NCBI GenBank assembly: GCA_965207075.1
Contig: CBDBLO010000002.1
Span: forward strand, 736,001-800,000
DNA length: 64,000 nt
Direction of reading: 5' to 3'
Source: Nitrosopumilus sp.
GTDB taxonomy: Archaea; Thermoproteota; Nitrososphaeria; Nitrososphaerales; Nitrosopumilaceae
Shown here: piece by piece, positions 29,634 through 40,467 of the stretch
Layout of the letters: each line of letters opens with the position of its first letter
Numbering within the stretch: the first letter of the stretch is position 1
The notes under the pieces: generated by a model
The model's database searches: none
What the model saw: the letters and a program-made list of their open reading frames with translations, nothing else
Told to the model about the DNA's origin: nothing
Translations under genes and position numbers: made by a program

Positions 29634-30716
29634 TTGCACGGCACTATACATCGATATGTTATTATATATGAACTACAATCCAGTATTGTGTCTACAATAA
29701 CTACAGAATTTATAGAGTTCTATATCCCAGAATATTGTATACAAGGAGATCGGATTCCGTTCTACGTACTTTGGGATCAGTCTCAAGATATTAAAATTTC
29801 ATTATCATTGCCGAGTGGTTTAGAACTACATGAAGTATACAACATTAATTCAAAAGAACTAAGAAAAGAAAAAGATTTGATTGTTGCACAAAATTTTGAA
29901 ATAGCAGGTTATTTTGGTGGAGTAATAAAATCGAAATTATACGATGAAGCATCTACTACCAAACTGGTGAAATTTCTTATTTACGAAAATTCTTATCCAA
30001 TTAAATCTTTTGAACAAATGATAGAATTGTTTAGACCAGATATGAAAATCCACGAGAATACCTCATCTATTACAGTTTTTCATACTAAAAATAAACAAAT
30101 TACAAATAAGCAACTGCCTCTTGTAAATCACGGTAAAGGTACGGGAATTGTTAGAATTAATATCTCCGATGAGAGCGAAATCAAAGAGGGAATTCCTGAG
30201 GGATTTCAAGAATTTAAAGAAAAATTTCTAAAAGACTTAAAGGAAGTCTTTGTTGAATTGATGTCTAAATTTCCTCAATATAAGGAAATTATAGGTGATT
30301 TGATGATATTTGTTGATGATCCCTTGCCGTTCAAATCTGACAAATTAAATCATCTAAAAACAACGACTCGCAACTTAGAACGAGCTTTTGACAACAATAA
30401 TGAATTTCTAGAAGAATTTTCCCAGAGTGTTACAACCGCCTTTTTGAAAAATGTGTCAATACTAACTAATGTTACTTCATTTTTAGCATTCATAAAATCT
30501 ATAAGTAAAAATAAAATAATTTTTATTGATGCAATGAAAGTACTAAAGATTTCAACTAAACCACAAAAATTAAAAGCTAGTTTACTTGTGACTGATCTGA
30601 CTAAAAATATATATGAACCAATTAATTTACCTGACCTCACTTTGAAAGCAGACAAAGAATGTACAATTCCAATTTATCAGATTTTTAATACAATGGAGGG
30701 AACAAATGATGGATGA
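29634..30716 (+). CDS. AT-rich hypothetical protein (start probably GTG 29688)
   Basis: Long uninterrupted ORF in very AT-rich DNA; overlaps next gene. Confidence 0.75.
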   Translation: MHGTIHRYVIIYELQSSIVSTITTEFIEFYIPEYCIQGDRIPFYVLWDQSQDIKISLSLPSGLELHEVYNINSKELRKEKDLIVAQNFEIAGYFGGVIKSKLYDEASTTKLVKFLIYENSYPIKSFEQMIELFRPDMKIHENTSSITVFHTKNKQITNKQLPLVNHGKGTGIVRINISDESEIKEGIPEGFQEFKEKFLKDLKEVFVELMSKFPQYKEIIGDLMIFVDDPLPFKSDKLNHLKTTTRNLERAFDNNNEFLEEFSQSVTTAFLKNVSILTNVTSFLAFIKSISKNKIIFIDAMKVLKISTKPQKLKASLLVTDLTKNIYEPINLPDLTLKADKECTIPIYQIFNTMEGTNDG

Positions 30717-31689
30717 TACCATAATCGATGTTGGTAAAGCTACTGCACCTCTGATAGGATCAGCTGCAAAACCCATAATTAAGCAAGGTGTTGAAAAAAT
30801 ACTCCGACGTGCAGATGGTGTCGACAACAATATTTCTGACGCATTTAATATTCAAGGTCGAGAAATGACTATTGTTTGCCCTGAATCTATTCAAGAATAT
30901 TCACTTTCGCTGAAGGCAAAACAAACTGGCTTTTTTACCAAAAAAGTAAAAATTGAGCTGGGAAAAGTCAAGCGTGCAAAAATCACATCAGTTATGGGAT
31001 TGCAGTCTATTAAGGCAGCCATTACACCATTAGAAAATGGGTTTGAAGTAAACCTAAACCGTCTTACACCCGGTGAACAATATGTTCTTGATGTGGAATA
31101 CTTTCTAGAAGACGCAAACTTTATTGACAGCTTAGTAAATCGAGAGGTCGTCAGTGAATCCCCCGAAGGTGACTCGACAAAATATTGGATGGTTGCCCAA
31201 TTGAAACATCTCGAATCATTAAAGAGTGAATATTGTAAAATAGATCTTCGTGATGTAGATTTTAATGTAGATGTAGGAATTCATCAAGATGTCAGTGCAA
31301 AAATTCCGGATTCATTTAAAGAACAATTAGAGACAATTGCTGAATTAACAAAACGAAAAGGAAGGAGTGAAAAATTTGCGCTTTACCATAAGCTCCTCCG
31401 TATTCAGAATGCTAAATATGGAGGAAGTGAGCATCAATTATTGAGCGCAATAATGAATCTTTTTTCGCCACCGTCTTTTAGAAAATATGTAGATGTTGAA
31501 AAAGATTTTCATTATTCTACATGTGAAAAAGGAACTAGTGTATATGACTTCCCAATGGTAACGTGGCCTAAATTTATGAAAGTTACTTCGCGTACGGATC
31601 TCGATTTGGATAAACCTGCTTCAAATGGCCATTTAATTTACAAACGTGGCGATTTTATGGCCAAGCTAGAAAAAATATTTGAATTATAG
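30706..31689 (+). CDS. AT-rich hypothetical protein
   Basis: 327-aa ORF, coupled to the upstream gene with a GGAGG RBS. Confidence 0.8.
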   Translation: MMDDTIIDVGKATAPLIGSAAKPIIKQGVEKILRRADGVDNNISDAFNIQGREMTIVCPESIQEYSLSLKAKQTGFFTKKVKIELGKVKRAKITSVMGLQSIKAAITPLENGFEVNLNRLTPGEQYVLDVEYFLEDANFIDSLVNREVVSESPEGDSTKYWMVAQLKHLESLKSEYCKIDLRDVDFNVDVGIHQDVSAKIPDSFKEQLETIAELTKRKGRSEKFALYHKLLRIQNAKYGGSEHQLLSAIMNLFSPPSFRKYVDVEKDFHYSTCEKGTSVYDFPMVTWPKFMKVTSRTDLDLDKPASNGHLIYKRGDFMAKLEKIFEL

Positions 31690-31830
31690 TGCCGAACAAG
31701 GCCTTTGTTATCATCCGGCTGATGAACACAACTTTTTTGATCACTTGACATCACATCTAGTATGAATGAGAGACAAAAATCTGTTGACTTGGGCCTGCGA
31801 GAGCAAGAAACCCCGTCACAAGCTGCTTGT
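31685..31830 (+). pseudogene. IS630 left-end remnant
   Basis: TATAGTGCCG end, TTTTTTGATCAC and ATGAATGAGAGAC…GGGCCT similar to 27958-28030. Confidence 0.55.
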
Positions 31831-32635
31831 AGTATCCGTCAAACGCCCTTTCGAGCAGATAATGTGTGTCAAGATATGCTCTAGAGGTACTACGAGCGCG
31901 TGAACACAGGGGCATGAAACACTTGGCAGACACGCTGGCGCGCTTGATAATAGAAAGTCCGCACCCGGGCCGCGAGCAGCCCGACAGGGGCCGCCCGCCG
32001 CCGGACGGAGAGCACACGCGGGATGCCGGTGTCGACACACCCAGCGCATCAGCAGGTCATTGCATACGTATTGTTCTGCGGGTCCTACTCCGATATGAGC
32101 TGAAGATAACGCAGGCGGTCGCCACAGTACGGGCAATACTTGCGTGACTTTGTGCCGTTGCGGTTCTGGAACATTATTTTTGGCGCATCCCCCCGAATAT
32201 CGCGCGGTCTTTGGCCTCCAGCTTGTCCATGCTTTCTAGAGTCCGCATTATGCCTGCGTCTTCCTGCGAGCCGTGCCTGTCGGCCAGCTCTTTGAAGATG
32301 TCGGGGGTAGCCGCAAAATACTTTTTCGGCAGGCTGTCCGTAATGTAAACGAGGCATTGCACGAACGTCTTATCGTCGATGCTGACTATCAGGTGGTGCC
32401 ACTCCTCCAGAATCTCGACGATGTCGCGCTGGGGCGTGCGTCGCTCATTCTGCGCGCCTCTCCCTCTGCCGGATCTCCGAACATTGGCACTTTACTATCT
32501 TGCCGCGGTTCATGTAGAGGTAGCCGCACGTCTCGCCCCCGTGAAACTATGAACCTGTCAGAGATGCTCGCAGACGTTGCAGACGCTGCCGTGCCGCTGG
32601 CGCTTCAATTGGAGCCGCTACCTGCGGGCCCGCGC

Positions 32636-32830
32636 CAGCCCGAATAATCCCAGAAAATCAGCACCTCGGAAGGCCCTGCCAACTTATGCACCCCACGCGT
32701 TCCTATGGTACACGGTCCTGGCCAGGCGCGTCGCACGGTGGCGCCAGGAAGAAGGAATCACCGTCCCTGCCTCAAGACACATACAAGTCACCACATGCAA
32801 TCACGCGCGTTTTGTTTTAAACCGTTTTTT
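32636..32830. repeat. Diverged direct repeat, copy 2 (truncated VirB3-like 5' end + promoter)
   Basis: Encodes LAGPSEVLIFWDYSGW on minus strand vs LAEPSEVLIFRDYSGW in copy 1. Confidence 0.85.
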
Positions 32831-32929
32831 GGTATCGCCCCTGCGTGCGACACGAAGGTATCAGTCGAGCCAACATCAGCCCCAAATGACATAGAAGTGG
32901 CTTCGGTGACGGCCTTGGTACGTGTTCCT

Positions 32930-33652
32930 TCAAGTTTGAAGTTTATTATTTATGATTTTGATCAACTTTTCGCATATTGTGACGCAATCGTTCATCCATT
33001 CAATTGCGTTCCTGTTTGTCCCGTCAAAATTTACGACCCCATTGTTTACAGGGTAATAGCGAAGATCGTTTACATGGATTGTGTGCTTAGGAGTTACAAT
33101 TTTAGAATTTTGTATTTTTACTGACGCACCCTTTTCTGCATGTATGAAATCGCCTATGTCCATACTTCCATCAGGATTCATATGTATGGGATTTTCACTC
33201 TGAGTTGTTAGCAACGAATATTCCAGATTTTGATCCTTCATACTGTGTACCTTTGTGTTAACATTGTGTTTTTCTTTTGACGTAAGTAAAGAAATTGCCT
33301 GCCGATGATCTTGGTTTATGTCGAAGATTTGAAGTAAGAATCTTCGTAACGAACTAGTGATTATTATAGGTTTTTTTGATTTGCGTTTTTTTAACTTAGG
33401 TATTTTTTTAAGTCTATTAATATACTCTGCCTTAGATTCATTTAATTTGGGCCGTGGATAGAAGTCATCATTATTAGTCCCTGGATATTTATTAAATGAG
33501 TTATCCAAAATAATAAGAATACAATCTGTGAAAGTTACTAATGTGGCTTGGTTGTCATTATCTGATTTAGATAAATCAAACTCCCTTATGTGGTCTTTTG
33601 CTTTATTTAAAAATGAATTTAATATCGTCAAATCGTTGTTTTGTCGTATCAT
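32930..33652 (-). CDS. AT-rich hypothetical protein
   Basis: 240-aa ORF in an AT-rich island. Confidence 0.65.
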   Translation of the reverse strand: MIRQNNDLTILNSFLNKAKDHIREFDLSKSDNDNQATLVTFTDCILIILDNSFNKYPGTNNDDFYPRPKLNESKAEYINRLKKIPKLKKRKSKKPIIITSSLRRFLLQIFDINQDHRQAISLLTSKEKHNVNTKVHSMKDQNLEYSLLTTQSENPIHMNPDGSMDIGDFIHAEKGASVKIQNSKIVTPKHTIHVNDLRYYPVNNGVVNFDGTNRNAIEWMNDCVTICEKLIKIINNKLQT

Positions 33653-34301
33653 TTTGTTTGTTTTGCGTTGATTGTTAAAAAATATTTTGATGTGTGGGGA
33701 GTGTCAAGCTCGTGTGTGATTACATGGATGGAAGCAGAACCCGCCAACCAAGCTCAATTTCTTGGAAACTATGAATGGGATGCAAGACGCCAAGCATGGT
33801 GCCTGGGATTTGGTACCGGCAGCTAGGACAGGGCCTGGACGCGGGCTTGGGCAGTTACTACTGGGTCGATGCCACGACAACCGTAAACATGTCGTTCCAC
33901 GCGCCGTTGGGGCTGCCGTCGCAGCGGGCGCGCACCTGCACAAGTGGTCTCCTTGGGAGTATGCATCGGCGACCGATGACGACAGGACGGTGACAGTTGA
34001 TGTCTCGAGCGGACAGGACGGCGACGCGATAACGCCCAAGGCAAGGTTCAAGCTGACGAAATCCGGAAGCGCCGAGTTTGGTGTCACGAGTCGTATCGTC
34101 AATGAGGACGGCGAACTGGCCCGGCAGCCGGACGGCAGCAACGTCGTCCTCCCCGGTACCGGCACGTACACCAACCGTACAGGGTGCTCGATCCCGCCGC
34201 CGAATACGACGAGTTGATAATCCGAGTGCAGATTACTGCCATACAGTAGGACAGACTGATTCTGCCTCTTTTTCTTTTATATCCGGACGCTGTCCGGGAG
34301 C

Positions 34302-34697
34302 ATGATCGACATTCTGTTGTTGCTGATAACATACAATCCGCCGTTTACGGATTTCAGAGTGCAGGTGCTCGACGACGATGCCTTTCTGATGGACGTGGCG
34401 GCAGTGGGGCGGTCCGACTTTTCAAAGCTGGCGCACCGCATACAGGAGCTCGGACGCCCAGCATTCCTGACCAAGAACGTCAGGAAGCCGTGAACGGATC
34501 CCCACAGGGGCGCGTCGGTCGGACAGATCATAGTGTCTTTGACGGACTACGGCCTACCGACGGTCGCCCTGAGCGCCTACGTTTCCGGGTTCAGGACGCC
34601 CGAGTGCGATGCCCTCGGGGACAGCAAGCTGTATCCGGCGCTGAAAAAATACGCGTCCCGCGTCGTCGGGCCTGTAGATGGCACTATTTTCGATTGA
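34302..34697 (+). pseudogene. Hypothetical gene with in-frame TGA at 34491
   Basis: Frame stays open with protein-like sequence (…GQIIVSLTDYGLPTVALSAY…) after the TGA until 34697. Confidence 0.4.
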
Positions 34698-35168
34698 AGG
34701 CATGCCGTACCATGATCATACTGTCGATTCTGTTTCCATCTATAGCTGCACGCCAAAATTCGTTCCAAGTTTAATCATACGAGCTAAGGCTTTGACGATC
34801 GGGAGATTCCCAATCTTGTCATGAACAAGACGATGTGGAGGATCTCAAAACGGCATCATCGTGAGCCGGTCCGCAATATTCTCCAGCGTGTTAGTGGGCG
34901 TTGAGCCGATCCTTGATGCCTGCGATATCGTTCTTCAGAACCTCGACGTCCTTATATGAGCCATACATGTTTATCCAAAAGCCGCCCCGATCGGCACTCT
35001 TGGACGGTTCGGGTTCAGGGTCACGGACAGGTTCGTCAAGGCATGATCCGGCACAATGTATGCACAGACTGGCCTTTGTCTGGCATGCCTTGTGATGGAT
35101 CCATCACTTGCGTCCATAGGCCTGCTACCGTCTTTCTGAACACCAGTCACTGCCGGCAGAACTCGGTC

Positions 35169-35612
35169 TTATTCGCGCAGGATTTCCTTCACCGTCTTCA
35201 CGAACCTGTCTGCCTTGCTGATCAGATCCTCTGCCTCCGAGTGTGAAACGGCCCCCGGCACGTCATACTGCAGCGTGTGGCGCGTCTGCCTTGCATGGCC
35301 AAATATGTTTATGATGTCCCCCTCAAACGCCCCGGCATACTCTGCCTCTATGAATTGCTGGGTAACGAGGTGGTGGGATCCCCTGTCCCTTGCCTTGTAC
35401 CCCCTGCTGTACATCAGTGCCGTGGCTGCCTCCAGTATCGCATTATAGGCTTCCTTGTATGCAGTGTCGTCTACGTCCGGATGATTTATCGGCACGATCT
35501 GTTTGCACGACCTCAGGTTGGCGTCCGCGATGTTGATCTTCGAGTCAATCTCTGCACGGCTGCTTTGATAGCGCTCTATCTTCCTATTCTGCAATAGCCT
35601 GTTTAAATCCAT
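35169..35612 (-). CDS. HEPN-domain toxin (RNase)
   Basis: AYNAILEAATAL, 'SHH', R-x4-Y (RHTLQY), 'EAEDLI..A..FV' HEPN consensus; coupled to MNT. Confidence 0.85.
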   Translation of the reverse strand: MDLNRLLQNRKIERYQSSRAEIDSKINIADANLRSCKQIVPINHPDVDDTAYKEAYNAILEAATALMYSRGYKARDRGSHHLVTQQFIEAEYAGAFEGDIINIFGHARQTRHTLQYDVPGAVSHSEAEDLISKADRFVKTVKEILRE

Positions 35613-36606
35613 CCTCGTCCCCCCTTACCATGATTATCTCATTGAGCTTTATGTGGCCTAACAGCGACGATCTCTCCTTGCTGCTAAACTGCTGGTCGTC
35701 CCACACGACCGCGTTGATCTCCCTCCCTATCCTGCTTTCTAGGGACGAGACTGACTCATAAATCCTGTCCCTCGATACCTGGCCTATGACCAGCAGGTCT
35801 ATGTCGCTTGACTCTGTCTCCGTCCCCTTGGCAAACGAGCCGTAGATCAGCGCGTACCTTATGTCGTACTGTGCAAGCTCCCCTGCGATGATCTTGTCTG
35901 CAAGCTCGAACTTTAGAAATATCCGCCTTAGCTCCTCGTGGATTATGCAGTCCCTGTTTATCCTGTAAAACACTGCCGTGCCCTTCCTGGTCTTGGCGAT
36001 GATGTCCAATGGCTCCACCCTGTTCAGCTCCCTCAGGACGGTCGATGGAGCCAGTCCTGCCCTCCGTGCCAGATCGTTCAGGTAAAACTCGCCTGTCTGG
36101 TTCAGCAGCAGAAAGCCCAGTACGTGCACGAGCGTCTTTGACCGGAACAGCGTATGCAAGAGGCTCTTCCTTCTGGTTGCCGGCCGCTTTTTCTCCACAT
36201 GAAGGATCCTGCTCCTTACCGAGTCCAGCGCCTCTGTTTCCTGTGGGTGTACTGCTTCCCTGACGTCGCCGTCTATGGTAATCAGGCCCACTCCCAGCTC
36301 CCTGCACATGTTTTCCATTCCTCGGCCCGGGGCGCCGGGGATTGCCAGGTATGCGTAATTTGCAGCATTCTTAAAATGCAGGGCGGCCCGGATGGCATTG
36401 TCCAAGTTCCCTCCCTTCCCCCTTACCTCGATTATTGCCAGTTTTCCGTTCTTCTCGGCCACCAGATCCGCTATTCTGCCCCGGATCATCCGTTCGTAAT
36501 GAAGCGTCCAGCCGGCATCCTCAAAGTGTCGTGCCACCCTCTCCTCACTCTCCCTAAGCTTGAATTCATGATTCAAAACCCCTATTTCCTTATGTACAAC
36601 CATCAT
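35584..36606 (-). CDS. Fusion: restriction-endonuclease-like domain + wHTH + minimal nucleotidyltransferase (MNT) antitoxin
   Basis: IADLVAEKNG…IIEVR; FYLNDLARRAGLAPSTVLRELNR; YGSFAKG…SDIDLLVIG. Confidence 0.85.
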   Translation of the reverse strand: MMVVHKEIGVLNHEFKLRESEERVARHFEDAGWTLHYERMIRGRIADLVAEKNGKLAIIEVRGKGGNLDNAIRAALHFKNAANYAYLAIPGAPGRGMENMCRELGVGLITIDGDVREAVHPQETEALDSVRSRILHVEKKRPATRRKSLLHTLFRSKTLVHVLGFLLLNQTGEFYLNDLARRAGLAPSTVLRELNRVEPLDIIAKTRKGTAVFYRINRDCIIHEELRRIFLKFELADKIIAGELAQYDIRYALIYGSFAKGTETESSDIDLLVIGQVSRDRIYESVSSLESRIGREINAVVWDDQQFSSKERSSLLGHIKLNEIIMVRGDEDGFKQAIAE

Positions 36607-36719
36607 TCGCTAATAGGAAATGCCATTTTTAAGTGTTTAAACTTGACCAGTAGACTGGCGTGATGCACAGTTCTTCATCCCGCCCCGCTCAAGGGGTGCG
36701 GCTCTGCAGCATGGCACAG

Positions 36720-37315
36720 GCCGTTCTACTGCCCTGCAAACCGGACAGGAAGAAGCACCCTAGGTTCCGAGGACTGAACCTGGTTACGTACCCGGACGAC
36801 GCCTCCACGTGCGCCGTAGCGGCCCGGCTCTTCAGGGAGGCTGCTTCGGAGAACACCGTCAGGCCCTGAGGAAGGCCGTAAGGCAGTTCGGGACGCCCGC
36901 GATCATACTGTCTGACAGCAGGTCGTATTTCACCGGCGCGATGACCAGAGGCAGGAGGGAGAGGAAGGAGGGCAGGGCCCCCGAGATCCTCGTGGACGCC
37001 CACCGCGTTCGAGGCGGAGCTTCTCGACCGCGGAATCGAGCTGATAAACGCGAGGCCGTCCACCCCCAGACCAACGGCAAGCTGGAGAGGTTCCACCGCA
37101 GCCTGGAGGGGAGATAGGGCACTACGAGAGCCTGTCCGCATACATCGAGTACTACAACGAGGACAGGCTGCACTGGTCCCTCGACATCGACAACTACCAA
37201 ACCCCGCTCAAGGCGTTCTCGGACAAGAAGGCCACAAAGGCGATCAGGAGAGGCAACCCCAAATGGATGGAGAGCGAGTCAGAATGACGGTGCGACATAA
37301 TTTTCATATAATACA
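36720..37315 (+). pseudogene. IS481-family transposase remnant
   Basis: Frameshifted DDAS, FGTPAIILSD, HPQTNGKLERFHRSL, YYNEDRLH; end …ATAATACA. Confidence 0.8.
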
Positions 37316-37333
37316 GTCAACGTATAGCCTCAA

Positions 37334-37582
37334 ATGGCAATCAGGGGTGCTGTAATAGAGGCTCTCAGGCATCATGGCGGCACGGCTAGGATGTCACAGA
37401 TCGTAGGCTACATCAGCCAAAAATACCCCGGCATCCTCCCAAACTCAGTCAGGCGCGAACTATACTATGGTTCCAACACAAACCCCCGAACCGGCTTCAG
37501 ATACACGCGTGTCAGCTACGGCGTTTACAAACTAAACGAGGATGCCATCCCTAAAAAGATGGATCAGGCACGGAACCACTAG
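37334..37582 (+). CDS. Small winged-helix (HARE-HTH/Mrr-N-like) protein
   Basis: AVIEAL..HGG.A…I..YI…SVR..L…F.R…G.Y.L pattern. Confidence 0.6.
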   Translation: MAIRGAVIEALRHHGGTARMSQIVGYISQKYPGILPNSVRRELYYGSNTNPRTGFRYTRVSYGVYKLNEDAIPKKMDQARNH

Positions 37583-39256
37583 ACAATATGCGTAATTAAA
37601 GAAAAAATTCACACAGGCATGCATAATGACCACATGCCGGGGCAATTTGCGAAGTTTTTTGGAATTAATTACATGTGTGTGAGTGCAACGTGGGCCGCGA
37701 ATTAATCATGGCGCCAAAAATGCCGGAAAAATACGTGACATGCAATTAATTACGGCAACTGCGGCCGCGGAAAAAACCCGGGCAAGAGCCGGCCTTTTCC
37801 GCGATGTGTTCTGGGTGGCTGCCGCCGGCGGCAGGCTGCCGCCGGCCCCGCGTTAGCGGCCCTTCCCGCCGCCGCCTAGGACGGACTGCCAGTGGCCGTA
37901 GGTGCCGTTTCGGAGCATGAGCCTCGCGTTGGCAAGCCCGCATGCGACGTTGAACTCGGTGTTGAAGTCCTCGAGGGTCCCCTCGTATACGGAGGATACG
38001 CGCCGGTAGTGCTTGACGGACGCGATGGCGTTCTCCACTACGACCCTCTCCTTGGACAGCCTTTTGTTGTGCGCCTTCTGCTTCTTGGTGAGCTGCCCGC
38101 CCCTCGGCTTTCTTATCGGGGTCACCACCTCGGCGCCCGGCAGGTCCTTGTCCAGCCCCTGGAACCCGGAGTCCCCGAGCACGCGGAGCGCCATCCTGCC
38201 CGCCCCCTTGGGCAGGTCCGCCCCGAGCACGTCCTCCGCGAACGACCCCAGGTCGCCGAGGAACTCCCGGGTTATCGTAATGTCGTGCACGCTGCCCTGG
38301 AGCGTGCGGCTGATCGCGATCACCATGCCGTCTGGCATGGTCATGACCACGGTGTTGCCGGTGTACGCCTTCTTCTTGCCCGAGTACATGGCGTCGCGCA
38401 CCTCCTTGTCCCCCGCCCTGACGAACCGGACGTGGGTGCCGTCAAGCAGTATGGTGTCGGCCCCGGCGCCCCCGGGGAACAGTGCGGCGAACTCCCTTGG
38501 CGAGTGGACGTGCCGCAGGATGTCCATGAACCTGTGCGGGGCGGGCAGCATGGTGGCAAGTATGCGGTCCGCGACCCTGACGTACCTGCACACGGCGGCC
38601 TGGTCGATGCCGAAGATGACGCCCAACTGGTCCTGGCAGTTGTTGCGGTATTTGCGTGTCAGGTCTAGCAGCAGCACGTACGCGGGATGGAGCGCGCACC
38701 GGTTGCCCGGCTCCGACGCCCTGACCGGGTCGTCGCGTACGAGCGGAACGTTCCTGATATAGTCCTCGTACGCGTCCGCGGCCGGGCGCGGGCCCCTCTT
38801 CCCTGCGCGCGCCTTTTCGTACTGGCGCCGCCTCTCGATCTCCTCGGCCTCCATGGCCTCCCACCCCGCCGCAAAGGCGCGGTACAGCATCCCGAACTCT
38901 TTACTGCTGTACCCGGTCATCGCGTGCAGCTTTGCATCGGACGCCAGCACTCTTCTCATATTCGCAAGACACAGTTCCGTGTCTCCGGCGCTTTCCAGCA
39001 GGGTTGAATCATCAACGACGGGCACGTCAGACAGCCAGTCCTTTTCTTCCTTGTCGTCGCTGACGCAGAAATATTGATCATCATTTTTCCCCTTGGCCTT
39101 CCCCGCGGCCTTTAACATCCGCATTCCCATGCCGCATTATCGCGGGAGTTTGTTTATAGATCTTTTGATTGAGATCACTTAACCCGTTTTCCGGGCAGAT
39201 CCTAGGCACGAAAATGTTTATGTTCATTAAAAATATGCCGATTACGCATATTGTCT
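37581..39256 (-). mobile_element. IS5-family (ISL2/Harbinger-like, DDE_Tnp_4) insertion sequence
   Basis: Perfect 16-bp TIR AGACAATATGCGTAAT; 3-bp TSD ACT. Confidence 0.88.
37853..39130 (-). CDS. IS5/ISL2-like transposase
   Basis: LDGTH, YSGKKK, HD, GDSGFQG, RVVVENAIASVK. Confidence 0.9.
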   Translation of the reverse strand: MGMRMLKAAGKAKGKNDDQYFCVSDDKEEKDWLSDVPVVDDSTLLESAGDTELCLANMRRVLASDAKLHAMTGYSSKEFGMLYRAFAAGWEAMEAEEIERRRQYEKARAGKRGPRPAADAYEDYIRNVPLVRDDPVRASEPGNRCALHPAYVLLLDLTRKYRNNCQDQLGVIFGIDQAAVCRYVRVADRILATMLPAPHRFMDILRHVHSPREFAALFPGGAGADTILLDGTHVRFVRAGDKEVRDAMYSGKKKAYTGNTVVMTMPDGMVIAISRTLQGSVHDITITREFLGDLGSFAEDVLGADLPKGAGRMALRVLGDSGFQGLDKDLPGAEVVTPIRKPRGGQLTKKQKAHNKRLSKERVVVENAIASVKHYRRVSSVYEGTLEDFNTEFNVACGLANARLMLRNGTYGHWQSVLGGGGKGR

Positions 39257-40079
39257 ACTGAATCTACACCTTGGAGAGTTCGAATCGAAAACAGCTCGAA
39301 CTCGGTACTGCTGCAAATTCGTGATATGGGCACGGCGGTTTTCGGATCTTCTCTGAAAGCGACGCGCAGTCATTCTGATCCCAATTGCGCCTGACCGCTG
39401 CCAGCAGCTCTAACATGCAGTCATGCAACTCCTTGTGCCTTTCAAGTTCGGCCAAGTATTCTTTGACTGCAGTCACGTGGGCTACAAGCGTCGAGTCGTC
39501 CGAGTTGAATCCTGCCCAAAAATCCTCAAACAGTCTGTTCAGCCTGTCGTGTATTTTTCCGGGCTACTTCATCGCGTTCTCAGCATGACAAAGGTTTCGT
39601 TGGTTTCGGCAATATCATTATTTATGATCTCAAGGACCTCTTTGGATACCGTGAAGGTCTTAGTGAATGCGGTGAACTCATGTCGTTATTTCTCAAAGGT
39701 AGCCTTGAGTTGTTCGTCCATGTCTCCGTCCGTGCTGGAGATATTAACTTCTGGATTGCTGCGGGTTTTGTCAAATCTGTGTCTGTCTGTGATCCTCCGA
39801 TTGTACTGACTTTGTTATATACGAACTTCGAGATACTGGAACGTGTGTCAGGCCGCAATCTTGCTGATATTTGGAGCGGCCCTCTCCGTAGCAGGGGTTA
39901 TGGCGATGGGTGTTGATGATTCCGGAGTAGTCGTTGGACTGCCGCTCTTGCTAGGGGGATTCTTGGCAGGCGGTGTGGGTGCAGTCCTTCTCATCAAAGG
40001 CGGTTGACTGTTCGTTTCAGAGAAGATTCAGAATCCACACCGTGCCAATCTCACGAATCCACAGCAATGCCGATTCTCA

Positions 40080-40151
40080 GGCGCTGGTGCGAATTCATGA
40101 TACGGATCAGAGTCTCGACTGAAATCCATATCACAAATTCGTACCCACGCC
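40080..40151. repeat. 72-bp imperfect hairpin repeat, copy A
   Basis: GGTGCGAATTC…GGATCAGAGTCTCGACT…AATTCGTACC; direct repeat of 41039-41110. Confidence 0.85.
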
Positions 40152-40467
40152 CCTAAACGAAACCTTTGTTGATCATACTAATTGGCACACCGCATGGTTG
40201 CAACATCCAAGGAGTTCCAAACAGGTTCACGTACGAGAGGAGCTCCTGGCCTTGGGGACAAACGTGACTGGGAGGGGATGGTTCCTGACCATGTACGTGG
40301 GCGCGTCTGCTGATTTCGAACGTAGTGTCGGCAGGGCCTCGGTAGCTCCAGGCGAAAACCGCATACAGGATCAAGGGATTGTACGCGGCCGTCTCGACCC
40401 AAAAAAACTATTTTCCACCTATCAACTTGTCCCGAGTGGAATTATCTACTGCGAATGTTCCAGTTTC

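Larger units (their letters stand above)
27477..29648 (-). pseudogene. Degenerate IS630 element (minus strand), interrupted by an intact IS630
   Basis: Frameshifted fragments YKKEKN.DIKIRML, PRSGRP, LGMSTKT, MDKATQH, QAKRD.L.SEYY; TATAGTG ends at 27477 and (rc) 29642-29648. Confidence 0.75.
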
